A stretch of DNA of 64,000 bases, from contig JAZNXL010000024.1 of assembly GCA_045593905.1 (NCBI GenBank), positions 14,028 through 78,027 of the forward strand, read 5' to 3'. This document shows, in pieces, positions 28,554-38,340 of this stretch. The stretch is from Eubacteriales bacterium (lineage in GTDB: Bacteria; Bacillota; Clostridia; Oscillospirales; QAKW01). Within the stretch, counting starts at the first letter, position 1, and each line of letters starts with the position of its first letter. The translations under genes were made by a program, and so were the position numbers. The notes below the pieces were generated by a model. That model searched no databases. It saw nothing but the letters and a program-made list of their open reading frames with translations, and was not told where the DNA came from.

Positions 28554-29849
28554 TTATAACTTTAACTCGCCTTGTGTAAGAGCTGTGCTTCTGTACGAGC
28601 TTTCTTTGCTTTTGCATTCCTCATCCCAAAGCGTTTTTACGTGCTCGTACACGCCGTCGTCAATGTCGGGCGTGCCTTTTGAAAAGGTGGGCAAAAGCAT
28701 ATCGCCCGCAACCTCGGGGTCGGTACAAGCGGGATCGTTTCTCCACGCATCGCGCTCGTCTTTGTTTCTTAGGTTGGGTATTTGCACACTCGCGCCGCCC
28801 TTTAAGATTGAGCGGAAAGCAAACATACCCGGTAAAGACATATCAAGAGCCTCGTACACGTCTATAATGTCAGCATCGGGGTTGCCTTTTATTTTTTCTA
28901 TAAAGTGCCACATCGAGTAAAAGTCGGAACCGCCATGGCCAAAGCCCTTAACCTTTTCGCTGTTATCGGTTAAGTCAAGGTCCTGACGGGTTTTGTTTTT
29001 ATAATCGCCCGAAAACGGGGTGTTTGTTAAAAACAGGCGGCGGATATGACCGTCTTTTGCCGCTTCGCGTCCGCACTCCATGCTACCTTTTGAGCCATAC
29101 GCCGCATACCATATGGAGTTGGTGTAAAGGTTGCCGTGGGTGCTTTTTACAATAGCGTCGTTTTCAAGTGTTACCATTTCAATGGCAAACTGTCCGCTTT
29201 TTGCGCCAACGCGGAGGTTGCGCTCGGTTTTTACGCTTTCAAACCCAACAACGCTGACAGGTCGAAGCCCTGTAGAATGGATAATGGGGCCAAGCGAGTG
29301 AGTGCAGTAAAAGGTAGAGTATTTGTTGTTGCGCCAATGGTTTTTGTCGCCGTAGGTAATGCTCGGCCAAATTGACTCGCAGTTATGTATATATTCGCAC
29401 TCGGCATACTCAAGCTCGCCGATTTCGCCCGCCCCGTATCTCTTTTTCATTTCGGTTGTTGCGGGCATATAGCAGTAGTTTTCGCCGTATGCATAAATCA
29501 TACCTGTTTTTTCAACCGTTTCAATAAGCTCTACCGCCTCTTTCATTGTTTGGCAGGGTAAAACCTCCGAAAAAACGTGCAGACCTCTGTTCATAGCCGC
29601 TATTGCAAACGGCGCGTGCTGATGCGCATAGTTTGCAAGCACCACAGCGTCCATATCGTGTTTTATAAAATCGTTAAAATTATCGTAAAAAGTAACGTTA
29701 AGTCCCACGGCGTGTTCTTTTTGCGCCTCTAAAATGTCGGGGTTGTTATCGCAAATTGCAACAACCTCGGCATTGTCTGCTCTTTTGCAGTAGTTAATCA
29801 TACTTGTGCCTCGGTATCCGCCCAAAACACCAATTCTTACTTTTTTCAT
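28554..29849 (-). CDS. Gfo/Idh/MocA-family oxidoreductase
   Basis: N-terminal Rossmann fold MKKVRIGVLGGYRGTS and the family-typical EVLPC/EKP-like block. Confidence 0.88.
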   Translation of the reverse strand: MKKVRIGVLGGYRGTSMINYCKRADNAEVVAICDNNPDILEAQKEHAVGLNVTFYDNFNDFIKHDMDAVVLANYAHQHAPFAIAAMNRGLHVFSEVLPCQTMKEAVELIETVEKTGMIYAYGENYCYMPATTEMKKRYGAGEIGELEYAECEYIHNCESIWPSITYGDKNHWRNNKYSTFYCTHSLGPIIHSTGLRPVSVVGFESVKTERNLRVGAKSGQFAIEMVTLENDAIVKSTHGNLYTNSIWYAAYGSKGSMECGREAAKDGHIRRLFLTNTPFSGDYKNKTRQDLDLTDNSEKVKGFGHGGSDFYSMWHFIEKIKGNPDADIIDVYEALDMSLPGMFAFRSILKGGASVQIPNLRNKDERDAWRNDPACTDPEVAGDMLLPTFSKGTPDIDDGVYEHVKTLWDEECKSKESSYRSTALTQGELKL

Positions 29850-29950
29850 AAAACAATCTCCTTTTTATGAGCTGTATTTATTGTATCAGCAAAACAAGCA
29901 ACGAACAATGGATATATTCTATATATTACAGTAAAATAGTTAGATTATTG

Positions 29951-29979
29951 TTGACAAGCAACAAAACAAACTTTATACT
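29951..29979 (+). promoter_or_regulatory. Putative sigma-A promoter TTGACA-17-TATACT
   Basis: TTGACA at 29951-29956 and TATACT 17 nt downstream. Precedes an AAGGAGG RBS and a GTG start. Confidence 0.45.
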
Positions 29980-30001
29980 TTTTAAAAAAGGAGGTGGGCG
30001 C

Positions 30002-30805
30002 GTGATAGAGAATATTTGCCATTTTATACCGAGCTATAACAATGTTTATACAATACGCACAATCAACTTTGTTTTTGAAACAAAGCCGCAACAATATACC
30101 CACCTGCGCTCTGAATCGGTGTATAAAATGTATTACGTTTGCACAGGCACAGGCTGCATACATACTGCGGGAAAAATAACACCGCTAAAGCAGGGGGACG
30201 TGTTTTTTACATTTCCTGCTTCGCCTTTTGCAATAGAGTCAAACGAAAACTTTACTTATATGTACATATCCTTTGTCGGAAACAGGGGAAACAAGATTAT
30301 GGAGGAGTTAAAAATTTGCTCTAATAATTTTGTTTTTCACGACGTAGGGCAGGTGCATGGGTTTTGGAAAAACGGGATTATAACAAACACTCACGCAACC
30401 GACCTGATAAGCGAGTCGATTTTGTTATATACTTTTTCGGTACTGAGCGAGCGGGCACCCAAAAAGCAACCAAAAACCCCGCGCGGCGCCGACTTTATAA
30501 AAAAATATATCGACGAACATTTTTCCGACTGTAATTTTTCATTAAACAGTATGAGCACCGACCTGTCGTATAACAAAAAATATTTGTCGCACGCGTTTAA
30601 AAAGACTTTTGGAATTGGTATAAGCGAGTATTTAAACATTATGCGTATTCAGAACGCCTGCACAATGATAGGGCAAGGGTTTACAAGCGTCAGCGATATT
30701 GCCGACAGATGCGGATATTCCGATCCTCAGTACTTTTCAAAAATATTTAAGTCAAAAATGGGCGTATTACCCACACAGTACATAAAACAACAAACAAAAG
30801 GCTGA
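30002..30805 (+). CDS. AraC-family transcriptional regulator (cupin N-domain)
   Basis: C-terminal dual HTH (SMSTDLSYNKKYLSHAFKK...DIADRCGYSDPQYFSKIFK). GTG start at 30002 follows AAGGAGG. Confidence 0.85.
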   Translation: MIENICHFIPSYNNVYTIRTINFVFETKPQQYTHLRSESVYKMYYVCTGTGCIHTAGKITPLKQGDVFFTFPASPFAIESNENFTYMYISFVGNRGNKIMEELKICSNNFVFHDVGQVHGFWKNGIITNTHATDLISESILLYTFSVLSERAPKKQPKTPRGADFIKKYIDEHFSDCNFSLNSMSTDLSYNKKYLSHAFKKTFGIGISEYLNIMRIQNACTMIGQGFTSVSDIADRCGYSDPQYFSKIFKSKMGVLPTQYIKQQTKG

Positions 30806-30826
30806 TTCTTTTGAATCAGCCTTTTT
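30796..30826. terminator. Bidirectional terminator
   Basis: GGCTGATTC TTTT GAATCAGCC followed by T5. Confidence 0.85.
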
Positions 30827-30827
30827 G

Positions 30828-31580
30828 TTATGCCATTATTATTTCGCTTTTGCTTTGCGGTGTAAAATAGTTGGTTATGTTTGGGTTGTTTGTAATTATG
30901 TAGTCGATTGCCTGAATAGAGATAAGGTTGTACGGCGTTGACAGTTCAAACTTTGTTTTATCGCATAAAAACACCGTTTTTCGCGATTGGTTAATAGCGA
31001 CCTTGCGTATTTGTGTTTCGGGCAGCGACGGGTCGGTAAGCATGCCCTTTTCGGTGACCCCATGACAAGAGAAAAACAGAGTGTCAATATTAAACCTTTG
31101 AATAAACTCCTCGGCAAAGCTGCCAAAATGCGCAAGCGAGTTTTCAAAAATCTCGCCGCCGGTGCAATAGGTTTTAATGCCTTTTTTAACAAGCAAAGTC
31201 GCAAGCTCAATACCGTTAGTTATAACTGTTATTCCTTTTTTATCGGTCAAAAACTCTGCCATTTGTAAGGTGGTAGTTGACGAGTCGATAAAAATAATAT
31301 CTCCCTCGCCAACAAGCTCGCAGGCGCGTTTGCAAAGTGAGCGCTTTTCGGCTGCGTGTATGGTTTTTCTAAAACTTAAGGGTGCTACAATATGCTCTGA
31401 TTGTATTTTTTTAGCACCGCCGTGTGAGCGCACAATAACACCGCGTTTGTCAAGCTCGGCAAGGTCACGGCGTATGGTTGGAAGACTTACAAAAAGAGCT
31501 TTTGAAAGCTGGTCAGCCGATATGTATTGTTGTTGTTCGAGTATTTCGAGTATTTTATCATACCGCTCTTGTTTTAACAT
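30828..31580 (-). CDS. DeoR-family transcriptional regulator (GlpR-like by context)
   Basis: HTH ADQLSKALFVSLPTIRRDLAELD plus a DeoR C-domain. Divergent from the G3P-dehydrogenase-like operon. Confidence 0.9.
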   Translation of the reverse strand: MLKQERYDKILEILEQQQYISADQLSKALFVSLPTIRRDLAELDKRGVIVRSHGGAKKIQSEHIVAPLSFRKTIHAAEKRSLCKRACELVGEGDIIFIDSSTTTLQMAEFLTDKKGITVITNGIELATLLVKKGIKTYCTGGEIFENSLAHFGSFAEEFIQRFNIDTLFFSCHGVTEKGMLTDPSLPETQIRKVAINQSRKTVFLCDKTKFELSTPYNLISIQAIDYIITNNPNITNYFTPQSKSEIIMA

Positions 31581-31707
31581 AAAAGCACCTCTTTTTTGAG
31601 CGTTTTTGATTGATTATCAACTTTTTAGCCACATATTGACTTTTGTTTTGATTGTTTTATTATAATATAAGTAATAATTAATTGTCAACAAGGAGAATTT
31701 TTGGCGT

Positions 31708-33144
31708 ATGTATGATGTAGCAATTATAGGCGCCGGCGTCGTAGGCGGTATGACTGCTCGCGAGCTTTCAAAATACAACCTTAAAATTTGTATTTTAGAA
31801 AAGCAAAACGACGTTGCAATGGGTGCCACAAAAGCAAACTCGGCAATCGTTCACGCAGGCTTCGATGCTAAAGAAAACAGCTTAAAAGCGTTACTTAACG
31901 TAAAAGGCTCAAAAATGATGGCCAAGGTTTGTTCTGAGCTCGGTGTTAAATACAAAAACAACGGCTCACTCGTTATCGGTTTTAACGACGAGGACAGACA
32001 GGTTATAAACTCACTTTTAGAGCGCGGTAATAAAAACGGTGTTGAGGGCTTAAGAGTTATTGAAAAAGACGAGATTAAAGCGCTCGAGCCTAACATTTCA
32101 AATAACGTGCTTTGCGCACTCTATGCACCCACAGGTGCAATCGTGTGCCCTTATGACCTTACAATAGCTGCAATCGGCAACGCTATGGACAACGGCGCTG
32201 ACCTTAAATGCAACTTTGATGTTAAAGAAATTAACAAAACCGAAAACGGCTACGAGATTAAATCAAACAACGACAAGATTGAAGCGCGCTACGTTGTAAA
32301 CTGCGCAGGTTTATATTCTGACGAAATTGCAAAGCTTGTAGGCGACGATTCGTTTAATGTTCACGCAAGAAAAGGCGAATACATTCTTCTTGATAAAGAG
32401 TGCGGCAACCTTGTTTCGCACACAATCTTTAGAACACCCTCTAAAATGGGTAAGGGTATTTTAGTATCACCCACAGTTGATGGCAACCTGCTTTTAGGAC
32501 CAACATCTGTTGATATTGACGACAAAGAAAACAAAAACACAACAGCCGAGGGCTTTGCCGATATTATTTCAAAGGCAAACGAAAACGTAACCTCCGTTAA
32601 CCTTTCAAAAACAATCACTTCGTTTTGCGGACTTCGCGCAGTAGGAAGCACCGGCGACTTTATCATAACATCTCCAAAACAAAATTATATAAATGCTGCA
32701 GGTATAGAGTCGCCGGGTCTTTCTTCAGCGCCCGCAATCGCTGAATATATAGCTGATATGCTCAAAGACCAAGGTCTTGAGCTTAATGAAAAAGCTGACT
32801 TTAACCCCATACGCGAGTCGGCACACGCGTTTGCCGATGCAACACTCGAGCAAAAAAACGAGATTATTAAAAAATATCCTGCTTACGGTAGAATTGTTTG
32901 CAGATGCGAAAGCATTACCGAAGGCGAAATTTTAGATGCTATAAGACGTAACCCCAAAGCTACCGATTTAGACGGTGTTAAGCGTAGAACACGCGCACAA
33001 ATGGGCCGTTGCCAAGGCGGTTTTTGCGGTCCGTACATAACCGAGCTTTTAGCAAAAGAGCAAGGCATTAAATACGAACAGGTTACAAAATTCGGCGGCG
33101 AGTCGTACATAAACGTAGGTATTACAAAAGGAGGTCGCAAATAA
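31708..33144 (+). CDS. FAD-dependent oxidoreductase with a BFD-like [2Fe-2S] domain (clostridial glycerol-3-phosphate dehydrogenase-like)
   Basis: Dinucleotide motif YDVAIIGAGVVGG. C-terminal CRCESITEGEI...RCQGGFC. Confidence 0.8.
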   Translation: MYDVAIIGAGVVGGMTARELSKYNLKICILEKQNDVAMGATKANSAIVHAGFDAKENSLKALLNVKGSKMMAKVCSELGVKYKNNGSLVIGFNDEDRQVINSLLERGNKNGVEGLRVIEKDEIKALEPNISNNVLCALYAPTGAIVCPYDLTIAAIGNAMDNGADLKCNFDVKEINKTENGYEIKSNNDKIEARYVVNCAGLYSDEIAKLVGDDSFNVHARKGEYILLDKECGNLVSHTIFRTPSKMGKGILVSPTVDGNLLLGPTSVDIDDKENKNTTAEGFADIISKANENVTSVNLSKTITSFCGLRAVGSTGDFIITSPKQNYINAAGIESPGLSSAPAIAEYIADMLKDQGLELNEKADFNPIRESAHAFADATLEQKNEIIKKYPAYGRIVCRCESITEGEILDAIRRNPKATDLDGVKRRTRAQMGRCQGGFCGPYITELLAKEQGIKYEQVTKFGGESYINVGITKGGRK

Positions 33145-34379
33145 TGAAAGATTTAGTTATTATTGGCGGCGGTCCTGCCGGTATGAGTGCGGCAATTGCC
33201 GCATACGAAAGCGGTATTAAAGATATTTTAATACTCGAGCGCGACTCAAACCTTGGCGGTATTTTACAACAATGTATTCATAACGGCTTTGGTCTTCACA
33301 AGTTCGGTCAGGAGCTTACAGGCCCCGAATATGCGTGGAGATATGAGCAAAAAGTAAGAGAGCTTGGCATTGAGTTTAAGCTCGATACAATGGTTGTCGA
33401 CTTAACCGAGGATAAGGTGATTACCGCAACAAATTCAAAGGACGGCATTTTTCAAATCAAAGCAAAGGCAGTTATTCTTGCTATGGGCTGCCGCGAACGC
33501 GCAAAGGGCGCGCTTAATATTGCGGGCAGCCGTCCTGCAGGTATTTACAGCGCAGGTACAGCACAAAAATATGTTAATATAAAAGGCTATCTCCCCGGCA
33601 AAAACGTTGTTATTTTAGGTAGCGGCGATATTGGTCTTATTATGGCAAGACGTATGACACTTGAAGGCGCAAAGGTAAACGCAGTTTGCGAGCTTATGCC
33701 CTACTCAGGGGGTCTTGCAAGAAACATTGAGCAGTGCTTAAACGACTTTAATATTCCCTTAAAGCTCAGCCACACCGTAGTAGAAATTCACGGTAAAGAC
33801 AGGCTCGAGGGTGTAACAATAGCAAAGGTTGATGAAAGAAGAAGGCCTATTGAACAAACCAAAGAATTTATCCCTTGCGATACACTTTTGTTATCGGTTG
33901 GTCTTATTCCCGAAAACGAGCTTACACGCGGCGCCGATATTGACATAAGCAATATCACAAACGGTGCGGTTGTTGACCAGGACAGACAAACCTCAATCGA
34001 AGGCGTTTATTCGTGCGGTAACGTTTTACACGTTCACGACCTTGTTGACTTTGTATCGGACGAGGCAGAAATTGCCGGTAAAGCCGCCGCTGATTATATT
34101 AAAGGCGTAAAAACCGAAAGCACCGAGATTACAATTAAAACCGACGGTAAAATCAGATACACTGTTCCGCAGGTAATCACAAAACAAAAAGACGTTACAG
34201 TTTACTTTAGAGTTAGCGACGTTTACAAAAACGTAAAGGTAACTGTAAAAAGCGGCGACAATGTTGTTATAAGCAAAAAACGCCCCAAGGTTGCTCCGGG
34301 CGAAATGGAGTCGGTAACACTTAAGTGCGACCAGCTTAAAGATGTTAAAGAATTAAGTTTTATGTTGGAGGAAATGTAA
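33144..34379 (+). CDS. Pyridine nucleotide-disulfide/FAD oxidoreductase partner subunit
   Basis: LVIIGGGPAGMSAA and a second Rossmann motif VVILGSGDIGL. Start overlaps the upstream stop (TAATG). Confidence 0.8.
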   Translation: MKDLVIIGGGPAGMSAAIAAYESGIKDILILERDSNLGGILQQCIHNGFGLHKFGQELTGPEYAWRYEQKVRELGIEFKLDTMVVDLTEDKVITATNSKDGIFQIKAKAVILAMGCRERAKGALNIAGSRPAGIYSAGTAQKYVNIKGYLPGKNVVILGSGDIGLIMARRMTLEGAKVNAVCELMPYSGGLARNIEQCLNDFNIPLKLSHTVVEIHGKDRLEGVTIAKVDERRRPIEQTKEFIPCDTLLLSVGLIPENELTRGADIDISNITNGAVVDQDRQTSIEGVYSCGNVLHVHDLVDFVSDEAEIAGKAAADYIKGVKTESTEITIKTDGKIRYTVPQVITKQKDVTVYFRVSDVYKNVKVTVKSGDNVVISKKRPKVAPGEMESVTLKCDQLKDVKELSFMLEEM

Positions 34380-34380
34380 T

Positions 34381-34725
34381 ATGGAAAGAAAATTAACTTG
34401 TATTATATGTCCTCTTGGCTGTGACCTCACAGTAACCCTCGATGGCAAAAAAGTTATAGGCGTTACAGGCAACACCTGTAAACGCGGCGAGGTTTATGCA
34501 AATAACGAGTGCACAAACCCGCAAAGAACTGTTACCTCAACAGTAAAATGCAAAGATGGTAGTATGGTAGCGGTTAAAACCGATACCACAATACCTAAAG
34601 ACAAAATGTTCGAGGCAATGGAGATTATTAACGCGCAAACCGCTATGCTTCCCGTTCACATAGGCGACGTGATAGTTGAAGATTTATTCGGCGCAAAGCT
34701 CGTAGCAACACAAAACAAACAATAA
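34381..34725 (+). CDS. DUF1667-domain protein (third member of the trio)
   Basis: 114 aa, with CIICPLGC...CKRG Cys motifs at the N-terminus. Confidence 0.8.
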   Translation: MERKLTCIICPLGCDLTVTLDGKKVIGVTGNTCKRGEVYANNECTNPQRTVTSTVKCKDGSMVAVKTDTTIPKDKMFEAMEIINAQTAMLPVHIGDVIVEDLFGAKLVATQNKQ

Positions 34726-34919
34726 AAAAAGGCATAGGCTGTTTCACATAAGGAGCAATAGCCTTAAAAAGCAAGATTTTGGCACAAAACTGCGTTAAAA
34801 ATGCTCGTAATACACAAAGGTATACTAACGCTTTTGTGCCTTGTTTTGCACACAAACTATTGCTTTATAAGGTGCCGAAGGCAGTTTTTATGTAGCTATT
34901 TTTCTATTAGACAAACAAC

Positions 34920-34957
34920 AAAAATCTCGCAATGCTGACGCATTACGAGATTTTTTT
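34920..34957. terminator. Bidirectional terminator
   Basis: ATCTCG-AATGC TGAC GCATT-CGAGAT followed by T7, with an A-run upstream. Confidence 0.8.
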
Positions 34958-35033
34958 ATGCAGTATAATTGGAAAAGAGCTGTTAAAAACCTATTCATCC
35001 TTATGAGAAGCAGCCTTTTAGAGCCTTTTTATT

Positions 35034-35822
35034 TTATTCATTTGCAAGCTTTACAATATCACCAACACCATCAAGAACAATCGACGGCTTATAACCGTAG
35101 GTGGCGAGCGTTTGCTTGGTCGACACACCTGAAAGCACAAGAACAGTCGACATACCGCATTCAAGACCCGAGATAACGTCGGTATCCATTCGGTCGCCTA
35201 CCATTACCGCCTCAGCCGAGTGACAACCCAAAATTTTAAGACCGGTGCGCATCATAAGCGGGTTAGGTTTTCCGCAAAAATATGCCTTTCTGCCTGTTGC
35301 AATTTCAATGGGTGCTACAAGTGCACCGCAAGCGGGTGCTATTCCGTTTTCAATGGGACCCGATACGTCGGAGTTTGCGCCTATAAGCTTTGCACCGCCG
35401 AGTACCAGGTTGGTAGCCTTTGTTAACGACTCGAGCGAGTAGGCTTTGCCCTCTCCCACAACAACGTAGTCAGGGTTAACGTCGTTCATAGTAATGCCTG
35501 CATCGTAAAGCGCGTTAAAAAGCCCCGCTTCGCCGATTGCGTAAACACTGCAACCGGGTGCTTGCTCTTTTAAAAACGCGGCGGTTGCAAGCGCGCTTGT
35601 GTAAAAATGCTCTTCGCTGACGTCAAGACCCATACGCATTAGCTTTTGTTGCAGCTCTCTTGGGGTATATCCACTGTTGTTTGTTAAAAATAAAAACTTT
35701 TTGTTGTTTTTTGTAAGCCAGTCAATAAACTCTCTTACACCGGGCAAAATCTGATTTCCGTGATATATAACACCGTCCATATCACATATATAGCCTTTTT
35801 TGTCGTTAAAATTAACAGCCAC
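35034..35822 (-). CDS. HAD-IIA family sugar-phosphate phosphatase (NagD-like)
   Basis: DMDGVIYHG motif I, LTNNS motif II, GDRMDTD motif IV. Confidence 0.85.
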   Translation of the reverse strand: MAVNFNDKKGYICDMDGVIYHGNQILPGVREFIDWLTKNNKKFLFLTNNSGYTPRELQQKLMRMGLDVSEEHFYTSALATAAFLKEQAPGCSVYAIGEAGLFNALYDAGITMNDVNPDYVVVGEGKAYSLESLTKATNLVLGGAKLIGANSDVSGPIENGIAPACGALVAPIEIATGRKAYFCGKPNPLMMRTGLKILGCHSAEAVMVGDRMDTDVISGLECGMSTVLVLSGVSTKQTLATYGYKPSIVLDGVGDIVKLANE

Positions 35823-35934
35823 GTCTTATTCCTCCTGTGTATACTAAAGTTATTTTATCACAGTATATCTGTTTTTTGCAATAAAAAAGAAATTGAGGTG
35901 CATTTAACACAATGCACCTCAAATTCTTTATTAA

Positions 35935-37356
35935 TTATTTTACTATTCCGCCGCCCCACTCAACTGCGGTAAAACCGCATCTTTGCGGTGCGGATAATGT
36001 TTGTTCTTTAATTTTTACAAACTCGTTTGACGGCTTGTATGCCATAAACACACGAATAAGCGTGTCGGGTGCGGGGTTAATATTCAGCTTTGCGCCGTTG
36101 GTGTACGCATCGGTCTGGAACGCGATAACGTTGTAGGGGTTATTTTGCATAAGCGGCAGCCAGTACACAATAAACTCGTTGGCTTCTTTGCGGTTAAGTC
36201 CTAATTTTTCAAGCGCGGTTTCTAAAAATAAAGCGGTGTCTTCGCCTTTTACACAAAAGCCCTCGCTAAAATCGTATTCGGCGTCAATTTCGCCCTCCCA
36301 GTATAAATAGTTATACTGCTTACCGTTTTTGTCAAAAAGTGTGCCGTCGGGCTTGGCTGTAACCTGCCAGCCGTTATTGTATGCAGGGTAGGTGCAACTA
36401 AGTGCGCCGTTTAAGTCAAGGGTTACCGAAACATTGGTTGTTTTTTCGGGGTACAGATAAATAACAGGCTTGTAGCAAACGTCCGGGTCGGGCTCAAAGT
36501 AACTCGGCTCAATAGACACTAAATCAGCTTCGTATCTACGCGATTTTTGGTCAAAATACACGTTTTCAATTTTACAGGTAACCTGGTCGTTTGTACACCA
36601 CTTGTCTTCAATACTTCCGTTTATTTTGTATTGGTAAGGGGTTGGTATTACGTCAACCGCCATAAAGCAGTCGCTATAAATTTTTGTTATTCTTATATCA
36701 TCAAATACAGCGCGATTTGATAGGTTGTTTTCGGTTTTTTCTATCCAGCTGCCTGTGTATTCAACAATGGTTGCCTTTGTTCTTGCCCACTCAACAATTT
36801 CACTTACCTTTTTTGCCTGCTCCTCGGTAAAGTTTGCCTGACCGCGTGTGCATCTTGCAAGGCTTGTTGGGTTTACAGAGTATTCGCCAAACTCGGTTAT
36901 AACCGTTACGGGTGCTTCGCACTTGCATGCGTCAAGATTTGAATACCAAAAGCTCGAAAGCAAATTGGTTAAATAAACCGATTCGCCACCCATAAACGAA
37001 AACTCCTTGCTGTCTGAAAAAGCTATTGTTGTTATTGTATTACCGCAATCAGCATATAACTCGTCGTCGGTGTTGGTAGGTGTGTGAGCGTGGTCAATTT
37101 CTATATCGGTATGAATCAGGTTTTTTTCTTCGCGCTCAAACAACTTATCGAGCGATAAAAAGTTGAGCGGGAAGGGATAAATTTTTGTAGCCTCATATAC
37201 ATCGCCCGCACCGTAAAGGCGGTTCCAGTCAACAATTTTATAAGTGAGCGATGTAAATGCCTTTGTTCCGCCATCTTTTACAAAAAGCGTTGTCGGAACG
37301 GGAATAACTAAAATGAGTAAAACAATTACCAAAGTAATTATTATTTTCTTTTTCAT
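35935..37356 (-). CDS. Membrane-anchored protein of unknown function
   Basis: N-terminal TM anchor MKKKIIITLVIVLLILVIPVP. ATG at 37356 follows AAGGAG. Confidence 0.7.
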   Translation of the reverse strand: MKKKIIITLVIVLLILVIPVPTTLFVKDGGTKAFTSLTYKIVDWNRLYGAGDVYEATKIYPFPLNFLSLDKLFEREEKNLIHTDIEIDHAHTPTNTDDELYADCGNTITTIAFSDSKEFSFMGGESVYLTNLLSSFWYSNLDACKCEAPVTVITEFGEYSVNPTSLARCTRGQANFTEEQAKKVSEIVEWARTKATIVEYTGSWIEKTENNLSNRAVFDDIRITKIYSDCFMAVDVIPTPYQYKINGSIEDKWCTNDQVTCKIENVYFDQKSRRYEADLVSIEPSYFEPDPDVCYKPVIYLYPEKTTNVSVTLDLNGALSCTYPAYNNGWQVTAKPDGTLFDKNGKQYNYLYWEGEIDAEYDFSEGFCVKGEDTALFLETALEKLGLNRKEANEFIVYWLPLMQNNPYNVIAFQTDAYTNGAKLNINPAPDTLIRVFMAYKPSNEFVKIKEQTLSAPQRCGFTAVEWGGGIVK

Positions 37357-37474
37357 AAAAATCACTCCTTTTGTTTAAGGTGATAAGAGTAATACGAGCC
37401 TGCCTGAAAGTCATAAATTAATGTGCTTTTCACCATATACAACACTTAACAATATAAAAATGTTTCAAAAACTG

Positions 37475-38251
37475 TTATTTTTTTCTAAAACTTGTGGGCG
37501 GCATACCGTATTGCTTTAAAAACGCGCGGTTAAAGGTGCGAATTGTACCAAAACCGACCTTTGATGCAATATCGGTTACCGAGTCGGTTGTGTTTTTTAA
37601 AAGCTTAACGGCATCTGAAAGCCTTAACGAGTTTACATAGTCGTTAAAGCTGATAGAAAGCCGACTGCTGAATATATGCGATACCGAGCTTCGACTGATG
37701 TTAAGCGCACTCGCTACGTCGTCAACCGCAAGAGGTTCTTTATAATTTTTTAGGCAGTAATCAAGTATTTGTAAAACAACATCGCTCGACATCTGCTTTT
37801 TTTGAAGCTTTAAGTGTTTTAAAAGCTTTACAAAAAATGTTGTGAGGTATGCATCAATCACAACGCTGTAGCCGTCACGCTCATACTCTTTAAGCGCCGT
37901 TAAAAGCAGGTTTAAAAGGTTGTCGTCATCGGTGTTTTTAAAATCAACCGCCGCACAGGTAGAATCGTTTTGCAAAAATATATCGCCAAGCGTTAAAAGC
38001 CGTGACGGCTTTATAATCAAAAATATGTACTCGCCCTCGCAAAAATCGACGTATTGGTGAATCTGATAGGGAAACGCAATAAACACCGATTTTTCTTTAA
38101 GCGCATACCGCTTGCCATTGCAGATGGCAGTTCCGCTGCCCTTTGTCACGTAACAAAGCTCAATATCGTCGTGTATGTGCGCAATATAATTGGCGTCGTG
38201 ACGCTTTTTAAAGGTTACTTGTGTTCTTGTTTCTGTAAAGATGTTGTGCAT
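37475..38251 (-). CDS. AraC-family regulator (cupin plus HTH)
   Basis: C-terminal AraC HTH. Divergent from the GH3 pair. Confidence 0.88.
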   Translation of the reverse strand: MHNIFTETRTQVTFKKRHDANYIAHIHDDIELCYVTKGSGTAICNGKRYALKEKSVFIAFPYQIHQYVDFCEGEYIFLIIKPSRLLTLGDIFLQNDSTCAAVDFKNTDDDNLLNLLLTALKEYERDGYSVVIDAYLTTFFVKLLKHLKLQKKQMSSDVVLQILDYCLKNYKEPLAVDDVASALNISRSSVSHIFSSRLSISFNDYVNSLRLSDAVKLLKNTTDSVTDIASKVGFGTIRTFNRAFLKQYGMPPTSFRKK

Positions 38252-38340
38252 AATATGTCCTGAAATTAAAATTATTTTACTTGTATTATAGCACTATATG
38301 TCTTAAAATACAAGTAAATAGTACTTGGAGGTAGTATTTT

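Noticed and set aside
31177-31599. 140-aa and 121-aa ORFs antisense to two DeoR genes (31177-31599 and 4383-4748).
   Set aside because: They are fully embedded antisense in well-supported regulator genes. This is a typical codon-bias artefact and no start signals are present.
34797-34934. 45-aa ORF (MLVIHKGILTLLCLVLHTNYCF...) in the spacer after the DUF1667 gene.
   Set aside because: It has no RBS, its sequence is dominated by the hairpin arms, and it runs into the terminator. The region is more plausibly structural RNA or DNA.
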